Shown in pieces: positions 36,216 to 45,715 of a stretch of DNA of 64,000 nucleotides. The DNA is from Alphaproteobacteria bacterium (GTDB lineage: Bacteria; Pseudomonadota; Alphaproteobacteria; Rs-D84; SZUA-605). The DNA lies in the NCBI GenBank assembly GCA_031549385.1, contig JAVBPW010000001.1:390661-454660 (forward strand), read 5' to 3'. Position 1 is the stretch's first letter, and each line of letters begins with the position of its first letter. The notes beneath the pieces are model-generated. The model saw nothing but the letters and a program-made list of their open reading frames with translations, was not told where the DNA came from and did no database searches. Both the position numbers and the translations under genes were made by a program.

Positions 36216-36860
36216 ATGAATGAAAATCAATATTATCGAATCGATGAAGGAAATCCTACTTATCTTCCTAATAAGTCTTTGAAGGTCTTTATGGAACTTT
36301 CTTCTCATAAAGGAGTTTATATCTTTAAGGAAATAGGTAAGTTTTATAAAGTAGACGTGTATGAAAAGAAATATAAAATTCTTTTTCATATTCCGGCTTC
36401 AGATGAAATGTTTCTTTATGATAAATATTCTTTGTCATATGAGAAAATTTTTGAAGGAGAAACTGGTGTTTCTTTTGAGATTAAGGAAACTTTTTATGAA
36501 GGTGGATTTTTGATAAAGAGGAATGATGAATTCTTCTTAACTAATTACTTTGCAGAAGTTACTTTGCTTGGTATGGAAGTTGGGCTTAATTGTTTTCTTA
36601 AAAAAGAGCAAAATCCAAATAAGCCGGAATTGAAGTATAAAATTTCAACAATTTATAAAGATGGTGTTGGAGAAGATCGTTGTTGCAGTTATGTTTTGGA
36701 AAAAGGATTTGTAGTTTGTAAGGATTTAAATAATCAATTACAAGTTTATCCAAGAGCTCCTGGGCAATATATTATTGAAGAAAACAATGAAATACGGGTT
36801 TATGTTTGTAAAGGTTCCTATTGGATATTGGAAAAATTCAATGTTCCAAGTAAAGAGTAA
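36216..36860 (+). CDS. Hypothetical protein (214 aa), island gene
   Basis: No signal or TM. No homology recognisable by eye. Ends at a bidirectional terminator. Confidence 0.5.
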   Translation: MNENQYYRIDEGNPTYLPNKSLKVFMELSSHKGVYIFKEIGKFYKVDVYEKKYKILFHIPASDEMFLYDKYSLSYEKIFEGETGVSFEIKETFYEGGFLIKRNDEFFLTNYFAEVTLLGMEVGLNCFLKKEQNPNKPELKYKISTIYKDGVGEDRCCSYVLEKGFVVCKDLNNQLQVYPRAPGQYIIEENNEIRVYVCKGSYWILEKFNVPSKE

Positions 36861-36863
36861 AAA

Positions 36864-36892
36864 AGCTCCCCGAAAGGGGAGTTTTTATTTTT
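36864..36892. terminator. Bidirectional intrinsic terminator (AAAAGCTCCCC-GAAA-GGGGAGTTTTT)
   Basis: Perfect hairpin with A/T runs on both sides, between convergent genes. Confidence 0.7.
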
Positions 36893-37556
36893 GTTTAGTA
36901 TTTGTTAAGAGCCATTGTTTGAATTCTACTATATCTTTTACTTCAGGAATCCAATTTAAATCTTCTGGTAAGTCTGTTGTAAATTCACAACGCATTCTTA
37001 TTGGATGAGCACCAACATTAATTGCTGCATGTTGATTATAGATTCTGTCATCTACTAGTATAGTTTCTTCAGCTTTTAATCCATATTTTTCAAAACAACT
37101 TTTTAACATATCTTCTTTTGCTGTGTCATGCATGAATTGTCTATGTTGTACGCATTCTATTGTAAGAAAATCTGTTACATCTTTTAAAAGTTCATTTAAT
37201 AGTTTCTTTTTTGTTTCTACATCAAAAGTAGCTGACATTGTGAATTGTTTGTAGCCTAATTCATTTAATTCTTTTAATGTTTCAATTACATTTGGATATA
37301 ATGGGCGATTGTTAAAGAATTCTAAACTGCTTGTAAAATCTTTATCCATTTGAGTTCCAAGTTCTGGATGAGTTTTTAATTCTAGTGCTCCATATTTTGG
37401 ACTTATTGGTAAAACTTTTGGTAGTTCTTCCCATTTAATTTTTCCATATTTATCTGAATAATTTGGATGTTTTGTTAAAAAATTAAAATATGCATAGTTT
37501 AAATTTGCTAATACTCCGTCTACATCCCAAAAAATGTTTTTTATTGTTTTTTTCAT
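36885..37556 (-). CDS. HAD-superfamily 5'(3')-deoxyribonucleotidase-like hydrolase
   Basis: HAD motif I 'IFWDVDGVLAN' (DxDGVL, as in the NT5C-type family). Downstream 'VDD' motif. Confidence 0.6.
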   Translation of the reverse strand: MKKTIKNIFWDVDGVLANLNYAYFNFLTKHPNYSDKYGKIKWEELPKVLPISPKYGALELKTHPELGTQMDKDFTSSLEFFNNRPLYPNVIETLKELNELGYKQFTMSATFDVETKKKLLNELLKDVTDFLTIECVQHRQFMHDTAKEDMLKSCFEKYGLKAEETILVDDRIYNQHAAINVGAHPIRMRCEFTTDLPEDLNWIPEVKDIVEFKQWLLTNTKQK

Positions 37557-37587
37557 GCTATTTAGTTTACCTGCTAAATTGTTATAA

Positions 37588-37950
37588 TCAATGGTTATTT
37601 AAAAACCTATAAAGTTGACTGGGTGTTAGAATCCAAAATTTCCTTATTCCTAAGATTTTCTTTATTAAGCCTACACATGAAAATCCAAAGAAGTACCATT
37701 TGGTTGATGGGCCGTAGAATTTTGTTTGTAATATTTTATATTCTTTTTTGAATTTTTTTAATGTGTCTTTTTCTTTTGTAAAGATTATTTGCGTCCAGCC
37801 TAGAAGGGGGTCTATGTATAGAAACCCTTCTTTGTTTTGTAACAATAGACTGCAATGTCTTTTTCCTTTTTTTAATGGTTTTAACATAATTAAATCACTA
37901 TCTTTAAAAAGAACATAAGCTTTTTTCCAATTACTTAGAGTTAGCTTCAT
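37588..37950 (-). CDS. Hypothetical small protein (120 aa), middle gene of the minus-strand island operon
   Basis: Overlaps the upstream ORF by 20 nt. Basic, with one hydrophobic segment 'WYFFGFSCVGLIKKILGI'. Confidence 0.45.
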   Translation of the reverse strand: MKLTLSNWKKAYVLFKDSDLIMLKPLKKGKRHCSLLLQNKEGFLYIDPLLGWTQIIFTKEKDTLKKFKKEYKILQTKFYGPSTKWYFFGFSCVGLIKKILGIRKFWILTPSQLYRFLNNH

Positions 37951-38296
37951 ATATAAATCCTTTCTTTTTGAAAATTACTGTTAGTTTATCTATGGCATCG
38001 TCCCACCATAGGGCGTGCAAAGATTCCTCTTTTATTCTGTAATCTGGAATGTAATAAAGATTTCCATATTTTGTTAATGTGTTTATATGTCGCTTTTGTA
38101 AGATACCTGCTAGGTTTAATTGTAGAACTATTTGTAAAATGTCATCAGGTGAACATGGGCGAATCGGTGAATATGAATTCTTTTCAAATCTGCTTAATTC
38201 TTGCCTTGCTTTTTGTGATCTGCAAAACCAAAACCATATTTCTTCTGCATTGTTGAATAATGTGTATCTTACTTCTTCTTGACTATGTATTTTCAT
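37931..38296 (-). CDS. Hypothetical small protein (121 aa), first gene of the island operon
   Basis: Trp-rich ('EEIWFWFCRSQKARQEL'). No recognisable domain. Confidence 0.45.
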   Translation of the reverse strand: MKIHSQEEVRYTLFNNAEEIWFWFCRSQKARQELSRFEKNSYSPIRPCSPDDILQIVLQLNLAGILQKRHINTLTKYGNLYYIPDYRIKEESLHALWWDDAIDKLTVIFKKKGFIYEANSK

Positions 38297-38451
38297 TTTG
38301 TATTTTCCCCTTCCTTATTAGAACAAAACTAGAACAAACATAACAGTGTAAAAATTAAATGTCAATATGTGAAAAGGAAAAAATTCTTTTTATTGTTGAT
38401 TTTTATCCTATAATATAGTATTACTAGAATAAAGAAAAAGAGGTATATTAT

Positions 38452-38682
38452 ATGAATCATGAACAAATATGGGTTGCTATAGATAAATTGGCTGAAATGA
38501 AGCATGTGTCTGTGTCTAGACTGGCTAGAGATGCTGGTTTAGATCCTACATCGTTTAATAAAAGTAAGAGAGTTAATTTTTGTGGGAAGAAAAGATGGCC
38601 TACTACTGAAAGCTTGGCTAAGGTGTTGGATGCAACTGGGGTTGATATTATGACTTTTGCTAAATTAGTTAATGGAAAATAA
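38452..38682 (+). CDS. Phage-repressor-like HTH DNA-binding protein (N-terminal domain only, no S24 peptidase domain)
   Basis: 'IWVAIDKLAEMKHVSVSRLARDAGLDPTSFNKSKR...RWPTTESLAKVLDATGVDIMTFAKL' resembles the N-termini of alphaproteobacterial CI/LexA-like prophage repressors. Divergent from the minus-strand operon. Confidence 0.55.
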   Translation: MNHEQIWVAIDKLAEMKHVSVSRLARDAGLDPTSFNKSKRVNFCGKKRWPTTESLAKVLDATGVDIMTFAKLVNGK

Positions 38683-38752
38683 TTTATATAAAATACTTGA
38701 CAAATAATGATTTTGTACTATATTAACAATATAAACTTAAAAAATATATAAC

Positions 38753-39028
38753 ATGAACACCAAATTTTTTATTAGGGCTCCAAAGGCTACACCATGTATT
38801 TTAATGAATTTTTTAAAATTCGTGGCAACAGATCAACCGGTTGAACAAATGATAGACGAAGGTAAGATGGATCTTAAGAAAGATTATAATCTTACTGAGG
38901 ATTTAATCATGTTCTTTGCTACTATTGTTGCTTTGAACACACCGTTGATTTTTAACGAAAGGGCAATGGAAATACTGGCTCAGAAGGAAAGCGTGCCGTA
39001 TGAGCAATTCTGTAAAATGTTTACATAA
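38753..39028 (+). CDS. Hypothetical small protein (91 aa)
   Basis: ORF followed by an intrinsic terminator about 39057-39088. Confidence 0.35.
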   Translation: MNTKFFIRAPKATPCILMNFLKFVATDQPVEQMIDEGKMDLKKDYNLTEDLIMFFATIVALNTPLIFNERAMEILAQKESVPYEQFCKMFT

Positions 39029-39088
39029 AATATAGTGTGAAAAGGTTAGTTGAGAGATAAGGTCGGAATTTACGGCCTTATTTTTTTA

Positions 39089-39439
39089 TTAAAATGCGTT
39101 TTTAATGTGTTTTGGAAGGGTGGTTTTGCTGAATGCTATGCAATCGAATCGATAGTTTGATTTTTGATATTTTGGGTTTTGCTTTATATATAAATTTGCA
39201 TTGTTTCTTATTCTTTGTTTTTGATTTTCAGATACTGAATGTAATGAATCTGACATGTTTTTCCTGAATTTAATTTCTATAAAACAAATTGTGTTTTTCT
39301 TTTTTGCGATTAGGTCTATTTCACCATTGGAACCTTTTTGACCGTGGCCGAATCGATGTTGCAATATTTCATAACCTTTTAATGCTAAGATTAACATTGC
39401 AACATATTCAGCTAATAATCCTTTTTTATTTCTTTGCAC
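39089..39439 (-). CDS. yraN: YraN-family (UPF0102) endonuclease
   Basis: 'GLLAEYVAMLILALKGYEILQHRF...GEIDLIAKKKNTICFIEIKFRKN' is the UPF0102 signature. Confidence 0.75.
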   Translation of the reverse strand: MQRNKKGLLAEYVAMLILALKGYEILQHRFGHGQKGSNGEIDLIAKKKNTICFIEIKFRKNMSDSLHSVSENQKQRIRNNANLYIKQNPKYQKSNYRFDCIAFSKTTLPKHIKNAF

Positions 39440-41222
39440 TCTTTTTAGTTTTTTTGTCTTGTGTTTTGAATTGTAAATTATACAAAGAATAATATGTTCC
39501 TTTTTTCTTCAATAATTGTTCGTGAGAACCTTGCTCTGTGATTTGACCTTTGTCTACTACATAAATTATATCTGAATTTATAATTGTTGATAGACGGTGA
39601 GCAATTGTGATTGTTGTTCGGGTCTTTATCAAATTATCAAGTGATTGTTGAACCAATTTTTCTGATTCAGTATCTAATGCAGATGTTGCTTCATCAAGAA
39701 GTAGAATTGGAGCATCTTTTAATATTGCACGTGCAATTGAAAGACGTTGCTTTTGTCCGCCTGATAGACGTATTCCTGCTTCACCTATTACTGTTTCATA
39801 ACCTTCAGGTAATTCAGAAATAAATTTATGTGCATTTGCTAAACGAGCTGCATTATAAATATCTTCTTTTGAAAATCTTTTGTTTGTTCCATAAGCAATG
39901 TTATTGAATATTGTATCATCAAATAAGATTACATCTTGTGATACTAAACCTATTTTATCATGTAAAGAATGTTGAGTTATTTCTTTTATGTTTTGATCAT
40001 CAATATATATTCCACCTTTGATAGTATCATAAAATCGTGGTATCAATTTTAATATAGTTGATTTACCACCACCTGATGGACCTATTAATGCTATGCTTTG
40101 CCCATGTTTGATTTTCATGTTAACATTTTTTAAAATAGGTTCTTCTGGATTGTAATGAAAGTCTACATTTTTGAATTCTATGTCACCTTTTTTGAACTTT
40201 AATTCTGGAGCATGTTTTACATCTTTGATTTCTGGTTCAAGGTCGAATACTTCAAACATTCTTTCTGCATTCTTTAGGGATGTTTGCATTTCTGCTACTA
40301 TTTTCGATAGACCTTTTAATGGACGATAACATGCAAATAAAGCTGTTAAAAATGTTGCAAATTGACCAGTTGTTAGTACTCCTAAAGATATTTGCCAGCT
40401 TCCAAAAACCATTGCACCTGCGATTGCAAATCCGCCTACCATTTCAAGAACAGGGCGATTGATTGCTCTTACTTTTAAATCTTTTTTGTTGATAGAATAC
40501 ATATATTCTATAATTTCACCAGCTCTTTTCTTTTCTGTGTTTTCTTTATTATAGATTTTTACAATAGGAATACTTTTGAATATTTGTGTTAAGTAACTTG
40601 TTATAATTTCATTTTGTACCATGCTTTTTCCAAATAACTTACGAACTCTTTTACCAAATCTTGATAAAGGAAGAATTACTGCTGGAAGGACTACTAGGAT
40701 TATTAATGACATTTGCCATGATTGAAATACCATTAAAACAAGTAAACAAATTATTGTTAATATTTCTTTCATGAAATCTGTGAAGAAATTTTGTAATACT
40801 TTATTTACTGCTTGAGAGTCTATTGTGTAGTTTGTTAGTAATGTTCCTGTTGATTTAGTATGAAAAAAATTTACATCCATTTTCATAAAATGACCAAACA
40901 TTCTGCTTTGAACTTCTTTTGTTATTTTTAATCCTGCTATACCCATTATATATGTATGAGCAAATAAAGATAAATTTTTTACACAGAACATTGCAACTAC
41001 TTGGAAAGCTATTATGTTTATCATTTTATAGTTTTGAACTAAAAATCCTTCATCAAAAATATCTTTCAAAAATGAATATGTGTAGGCTTCTGATGCTGCT
41101 GAAATTACCATAAAAATTACTGCGAAAATAACATATTTTACATATCTTTTTAGTGCAAAATTCCAGAGCTTTTTTATTAATTTAACATTGTCTTTAGTTA
41201 GTGTAAATTTTTCTTTTGCCAT
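39426..41222 (-). CDS. ABC transporter, fused permease and ATPase, MsbA-like lipid exporter
   Basis: Six-TM N-terminal domain. Walker A 'GPSGGGKST', ABC signature 'LSGGQKQR', Walker B 'ILLLDEATSALD'. Confidence 0.85.
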   Translation of the reverse strand: MAKEKFTLTKDNVKLIKKLWNFALKRYVKYVIFAVIFMVISAASEAYTYSFLKDIFDEGFLVQNYKMINIIAFQVVAMFCVKNLSLFAHTYIMGIAGLKITKEVQSRMFGHFMKMDVNFFHTKSTGTLLTNYTIDSQAVNKVLQNFFTDFMKEILTIICLLVLMVFQSWQMSLIILVVLPAVILPLSRFGKRVRKLFGKSMVQNEIITSYLTQIFKSIPIVKIYNKENTEKKRAGEIIEYMYSINKKDLKVRAINRPVLEMVGGFAIAGAMVFGSWQISLGVLTTGQFATFLTALFACYRPLKGLSKIVAEMQTSLKNAERMFEVFDLEPEIKDVKHAPELKFKKGDIEFKNVDFHYNPEEPILKNVNMKIKHGQSIALIGPSGGGKSTILKLIPRFYDTIKGGIYIDDQNIKEITQHSLHDKIGLVSQDVILFDDTIFNNIAYGTNKRFSKEDIYNAARLANAHKFISELPEGYETVIGEAGIRLSGGQKQRLSIARAILKDAPILLLDEATSALDTESEKLVQQSLDNLIKTRTTITIAHRLSTIINSDIIYVVDKGQITEQGSHEQLLKKKGTYYSLYNLQFKTQDKKTKKSAKK

Positions 41223-41271
41223 TTTTTCTCTTTTATTTATTTGTTAAATTGAAGTGTATTATAAAAAGAAC

Positions 41272-42510
41272 TTAAAGTAAAGTTCCTTGTTTTAATTTAG
41301 TTTGAACTTGAACTTTGCCGTCAAAGAATTCTATTTCATTTATCTCTTGGTTCTGAGAAGATTCAAGAGATGTTATTAATTTATCATTTTTATCACGTAT
41401 GATTGCGAATCCACGTTTTAAAACATTTTTAAATGAATAACTTTGAAGTAGTGAATTGAAACTTGTTATTTTATTTGAAGCTAATTCAAACTTTTGTTTG
41501 ATTATTCTTTGTATCTTGTCTGTCTTTTCATCAATTATTCTTAAGTATTCTTCTATGATTCTTGAAGGTGTTAAAATCTTTGATGATGAAGCTTGAAGCT
41601 TTAATCCATGTTTTTCTATAAAATTATATATACTAGTTCTTATTCTTTTTTCTTTTGTTAATAGTAGTTGTTCAACTTCTATTTTGACTGGGGTTGCATA
41701 TTCGGCTGCACCTGTCGGAGTTGGAGCACGAAGGTCTGAAGCAAAGTCTATTAATGTTGTATCTGTTTCATGGCCGACTGCTGATATTATTGGAATTACA
41801 GAATTTGCTGTTGCACGAACTACATTTTCTTCGTTAAATGGCATGAGGTCTTGAAATGAACCTCCACCACGAGCTACTATTATCACTGTTGGTCTTATAC
41901 TTTCTTCCATAGTGTTAAAATGATTAATTGCGTTTGATATATACACATCAGCCCCTGAACCTTGAACAGGTACAGGGTAGACTATTATTCTTGTTGGAAA
42001 GCGTTCTGTTATTCTGTGAATGATATCTTTGATTACTGAGCCTGTTGGGGATGTTACTACACCAATGATTTTTGGCATAAATGGAATTGATTTCTTTTTT
42101 GATTGATCAAATAAACCTTCTTTTGATAATCTTGCTTTTCGCTCTTCAATTTGTTTTAAAAGAGCGCCTATACCTGATACTTCAATTGCTTCAACTGTTA
42201 ATTGATAGTTTGACTGACCTGCATAGGTTGTTATTTTTCCGGTTGCTACTACTTCAAGTCCATTTTCTGGTATTGTTGATAATCTTGTCCATTTCCAAAC
42301 TACTGATTTTAATATGTAGTCTTTTCCACCAAAACTTTCTTTTAAATCAAAATAATAATGTCCATTACTGTGTTTTTTTAATCCACTGATTTCACCTTTG
42401 ATGCGAACTTTGGCAAATGCTGTTTCTACAACTGTTTTTAATACCTCTGAAAGTTGAGATACTGAGAGTTCTGTTGTGGAATTTACTATAGGATTTGGTT
42501 TTTCTATCAT
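41272..42510 (-). CDS. xseA: Exodeoxyribonuclease VII large subunit
   Basis: N-terminal OB fold ('VRIKGEISGLKKHSNGHYYFDLKE') and central catalytic region ('VIIVARGGGS'). Confidence 0.85.
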   Translation of the reverse strand: MIEKPNPIVNSTTELSVSQLSEVLKTVVETAFAKVRIKGEISGLKKHSNGHYYFDLKESFGGKDYILKSVVWKWTRLSTIPENGLEVVATGKITTYAGQSNYQLTVEAIEVSGIGALLKQIEERKARLSKEGLFDQSKKKSIPFMPKIIGVVTSPTGSVIKDIIHRITERFPTRIIVYPVPVQGSGADVYISNAINHFNTMEESIRPTVIIVARGGGSFQDLMPFNEENVVRATANSVIPIISAVGHETDTTLIDFASDLRAPTPTGAAEYATPVKIEVEQLLLTKEKRIRTSIYNFIEKHGLKLQASSSKILTPSRIIEEYLRIIDEKTDKIQRIIKQKFELASNKITSFNSLLQSYSFKNVLKRGFAIIRDKNDKLITSLESSQNQEINEIEFFDGKVQVQTKLKQGTLL

Positions 42511-42600
42511 TGTTGTATTATATGAGGGAAAATAGATGTTTTCAATAAATAATTTGACAAGAGAGCCAGAATTTACGATAATAGAACTATGCGACTTAGA

Positions 42601-43689
42601 ATGCCTCGTATTATTAGTTTTTATTTAATTTCTCAATTTTTGAGAAACTTTTTTATTTTAATGTTTTCATTTACTGGAATCGTTATGATTGGGGTGTTTA
42701 TTGAAAAGTATAAAAAATATGAAAGTTTAGATTTTATTAATGCTATTGGACTTATAGTTATGCAATTGTTTGAATTTATACATCCGGTTGTGCCATTATC
42801 TGTTTTGATTGCTATTATGATGACTTTTTGGAAAATGACTAGAACTTCTGAAATGGTGGTTATTAGAGGGTCTGGTATGTCTGTGTGGGGAATTCTTCGA
42901 CCTTTTATTACTTGTGTGTTTGTTATTGGACTTCTTGATATTTTTGTACTTAATCCTTTTACAGTTTATCTTAATAAGAAAGTAGAGGTATTACATTATA
43001 AGTATGGTATTTCTGCACAATCACCTTTTGCTTTATCAGAAAAAGGATTTTGGCTTCGTGAAAAAAAAGAAGATGGATATAATATCCTTTATGCTGATAA
43101 AATTAAGCAGGTTGAAAATAAGCTTTATTTGAATTCTATTATAATTTTTTATACTGACTTCGACCATAACTTTGTTAAAAGAGTGGAAGCAACAACTGGA
43201 GTGTTAGATAATTATTCTATATCATTTAAAAATGTTAAAGAAATTGCCCCTGGAAAAAAGATTGTTAGTTTAAAGCATCTTGTTATTCCTACACAACTTT
43301 CTATTCAAAAAATTAAAGATACTTATGCTTCAACAGATATTATTTCTTTTTGGGAATTGCCTGGACTTATTAGTTTCTTTAAAGATTTGGGTTTTTCTGT
43401 AAGACGACAGGTTTCATATTTTCTTAGCTTACTTATATTTCCATTATTTTTAGTTTCATTTGTTTTGATTGGAGCATGTTTTTCTTTGACTACACAACCC
43501 CGTGGAACTAAATTTTTTGCTAAGATGTCGCTGGGTATTGGGTGCGGATTTATAGCATATTTTATGGATCAAATTGTTTCTTCAATGGGTGCCAGTGGTG
43601 GTTTGCCAGTAATTCTTGGAGTTATTGGAATTCCTATGATGGCGATTTTCTTTTCTGTGTGGGGGTTATTTTACCTCGAAGAAGGGTAA
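42601..43689 (+). CDS. LptF/LptG-family LPS export permease (YjgP/YjgQ)
   Basis: 'RIISFYLISQFLRNFFILMFSFTGIVMIGVF' is the LptF/G N-terminus. Six TM helices with a periplasmic beta-jellyroll insert. Confidence 0.75.
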   Translation: MPRIISFYLISQFLRNFFILMFSFTGIVMIGVFIEKYKKYESLDFINAIGLIVMQLFEFIHPVVPLSVLIAIMMTFWKMTRTSEMVVIRGSGMSVWGILRPFITCVFVIGLLDIFVLNPFTVYLNKKVEVLHYKYGISAQSPFALSEKGFWLREKKEDGYNILYADKIKQVENKLYLNSIIIFYTDFDHNFVKRVEATTGVLDNYSISFKNVKEIAPGKKIVSLKHLVIPTQLSIQKIKDTYASTDIISFWELPGLISFFKDLGFSVRRQVSYFLSLLIFPLFLVSFVLIGACFSLTTQPRGTKFFAKMSLGIGCGFIAYFMDQIVSSMGASGGLPVILGVIGIPMMAIFFSVWGLFYLEEG

Positions 43690-43700
43690 AAATTTAATAC

Positions 43701-43795
43701 TATGGTCTGCAAATAATATTTTCATAAAATTTCCCAACATTGATGTATGCCAATACGTCTTCGTCGTTCAATTTTGTGAGAAATATCATTGTTCA
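43701..43795. repeat. MITE-like intergenic repeat, copy D (subfamily 2, 3' modules inverted)
   Basis: 'TGGTCTGCAAATAAT...GTATGCCAATACGTCTTCGTCGTTCAATTTTGTGAGAAATATCATTG'. The central palindrome is conserved. The tail submodules are present as reverse complements of those in copy B. Confidence 0.5.
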
Positions 43796-43823
43796 ACTCA
43801 TACTATTAAATTTTTTTAATTGA

Positions 43824-44624
43824 ATGTTTTTTAAGTTTGTTTTAATATGCATGTCTATGAGGGAGTTTAAATTTATTATTATAGCTTTATTGCTTATGTC
43901 ATCTGTTGCTTTTGCACAAAAAGTAAATACAGAAGATTTTAATTATATGGCTCCTGTCGATATTATGGGATTTTCTTATATTAAAAATACTAATGGAAAA
44001 GATTCTGTTAAAGGCAAAATACATGAGGTTATTAATAAATTTGCTAAAGAACAAAATAGAAAAGCTAATTTTATAACTGATTCAAAACTTAATTATAATA
44101 AAATTATTAGTTCTGTTATGGAAGGTAGTTTTGGAACAAATCGAATCGATTTTGTTGGTGGAATTTACTATGATGAACAAAATCTCCGTTATTTGAAATA
44201 TGTTAATAGACCTATTGCTCAGGATAATTTTATAGTTGTTTATAGACGTGATTTGAAAAATAAATATGTAGGTCTTAATGATTTTGAAAAATTAGTTAAT
44301 TCGTCAGCTAATTTGATAGTTATTGATGGGCAGGGATTTGAAGAGCTTTTGACTAATAAGTCAGTTGCTTCATATAATGATATGAAAACTTGCTTAGATA
44401 GAATTATGAAAAAAGATGAGATATTTGTAGGAAGTGAGAGAAATTTGAAGTCTTTTATTTTGAATAATCCTGAATATAAAGATCAAATAGTTGCTTTTAA
44501 TCTTAAAAGAGATGGTAAAATACTAACCCGTCGCCTTTACTTTGCTTTTAATAGAGATTTCTTAGATATGCCTGAAAATGCTGACCTTTTTAAGAATTTC
44601 TTCAATTTTCTCAAGAATTACTAG
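43824..44624 (+). CDS. Secreted or periplasmic hypothetical protein (266 aa)
   Basis: Signal peptide 'IIIALLLMSSVAFAQ'. No confident domain call. Confidence 0.55.
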   Translation: MFFKFVLICMSMREFKFIIIALLLMSSVAFAQKVNTEDFNYMAPVDIMGFSYIKNTNGKDSVKGKIHEVINKFAKEQNRKANFITDSKLNYNKIISSVMEGSFGTNRIDFVGGIYYDEQNLRYLKYVNRPIAQDNFIVVYRRDLKNKYVGLNDFEKLVNSSANLIVIDGQGFEELLTNKSVASYNDMKTCLDRIMKKDEIFVGSERNLKSFILNNPEYKDQIVAFNLKRDGKILTRRLYFAFNRDFLDMPENADLFKNFFNFLKNY

Positions 44625-44760
44625 AATTTAATATAAGTTTCCCTAATTTCCGGCTGTTTTATGGCCTAACTGTAATATATTGTAACATTTATTGATTTGT
44701 AAAAAGGCTGGTTTGGCTTTATCTTTAGAGTAGAAATAATACAAAGAAAGAGAAGTTATA

Positions 44761-45612
44761 ATGAAAGAATTTATGAACAATATAACACCATTAGTTGGAA
44801 AAGGCAATATCCATCCATCTGCTATTATCCATCCTACAGCAATTATAGAAGCTGGGGCTGTTATTGAAGCTGATGTTAAAGTTGGACCATACTGTGTTGT
44901 TGGTGCTGAAGTTATATTGCAAAAAGGTGTAGAATTAAAATCTCATGTGGTGGTTGCTGGGGTAACTACTGTTGGGGAAAATTCTTGTATCTATCCTTTC
45001 GCTGTTATTGGTGAAATTTCTCAAGATATGAAATTCTATGCTTCAAAAGAATACACTCCACTTGTAATTGGAAAAAATAATATTATTCGTGAACATGTAA
45101 CTATGCATATGGGAACACCTGCATCAACTGGAACAATTATTGGTGACAATAACTTATTCATGGTTGGAGTACACGTTGCACACGATTGTATAGTTGGAAA
45201 TAACTGTTTCTTAGCTAATAATGTAGGTTTAGCTGGACACGTTGAAGTTGATGATTTTGCTATTATCGGCGGTCAAACAGGAGTTTTACAATTTACTAAG
45301 ATTGGAAGAAACGCTATGGTTGGCGGTCAAACAGGATTACGTCAAGACGTATTACCTTATTCTATTGTTGAAGGAGCTCCTGCTTACTGGCAAGGTTTAA
45401 ACTTGGTTGGTTTGAAACGTAAAGGTTTTACTTTAGATCAAATTAAATCTATGCAAGAAGCTTATAATATCCTTTTCTCAGATAAAGGTGTTGTTGCTGA
45501 CAGAGTGAAAGAAATGAAAGAAAAATATTCTGATTTACCTGAAATAGCAGAAATTGTTAAGTTTATTGAAACAGGTTCAAAACACTCATTCCATCAACCT
45601 GTTAGAAAATAG
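44761..45612 (+). CDS. lpxA: UDP-N-acetylglucosamine acyltransferase
   Basis: Left-handed beta-helix hexapeptide repeats. 'MHMGT...HVAHDC' catalytic His region. Confidence 0.9.
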   Translation: MKEFMNNITPLVGKGNIHPSAIIHPTAIIEAGAVIEADVKVGPYCVVGAEVILQKGVELKSHVVVAGVTTVGENSCIYPFAVIGEISQDMKFYASKEYTPLVIGKNNIIREHVTMHMGTPASTGTIIGDNNLFMVGVHVAHDCIVGNNCFLANNVGLAGHVEVDDFAIIGGQTGVLQFTKIGRNAMVGGQTGLRQDVLPYSIVEGAPAYWQGLNLVGLKRKGFTLDQIKSMQEAYNILFSDKGVVADRVKEMKEKYSDLPEIAEIVKFIETGSKHSFHQPVRK

Positions 45613-45632
45613 TTTTCAAAAGTGGTAAAAAA

Positions 45633-45668
45633 ATCCCTTGTTTTCATTCAAGGGATTTTTTGTTTTTC
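45633..45668 (+). terminator. Intrinsic terminator between lpxA and lpxB
   Basis: AAATCCCTTG-TTTTCATTC-AAGGGATTT hairpin plus TTTTTGTTTTT. Confidence 0.65.
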
Positions 45669-45715
45669 AGTTTTTAAAGCTTTCTTTTATTATTAATTTT
45701 TGATATAATAATGCT

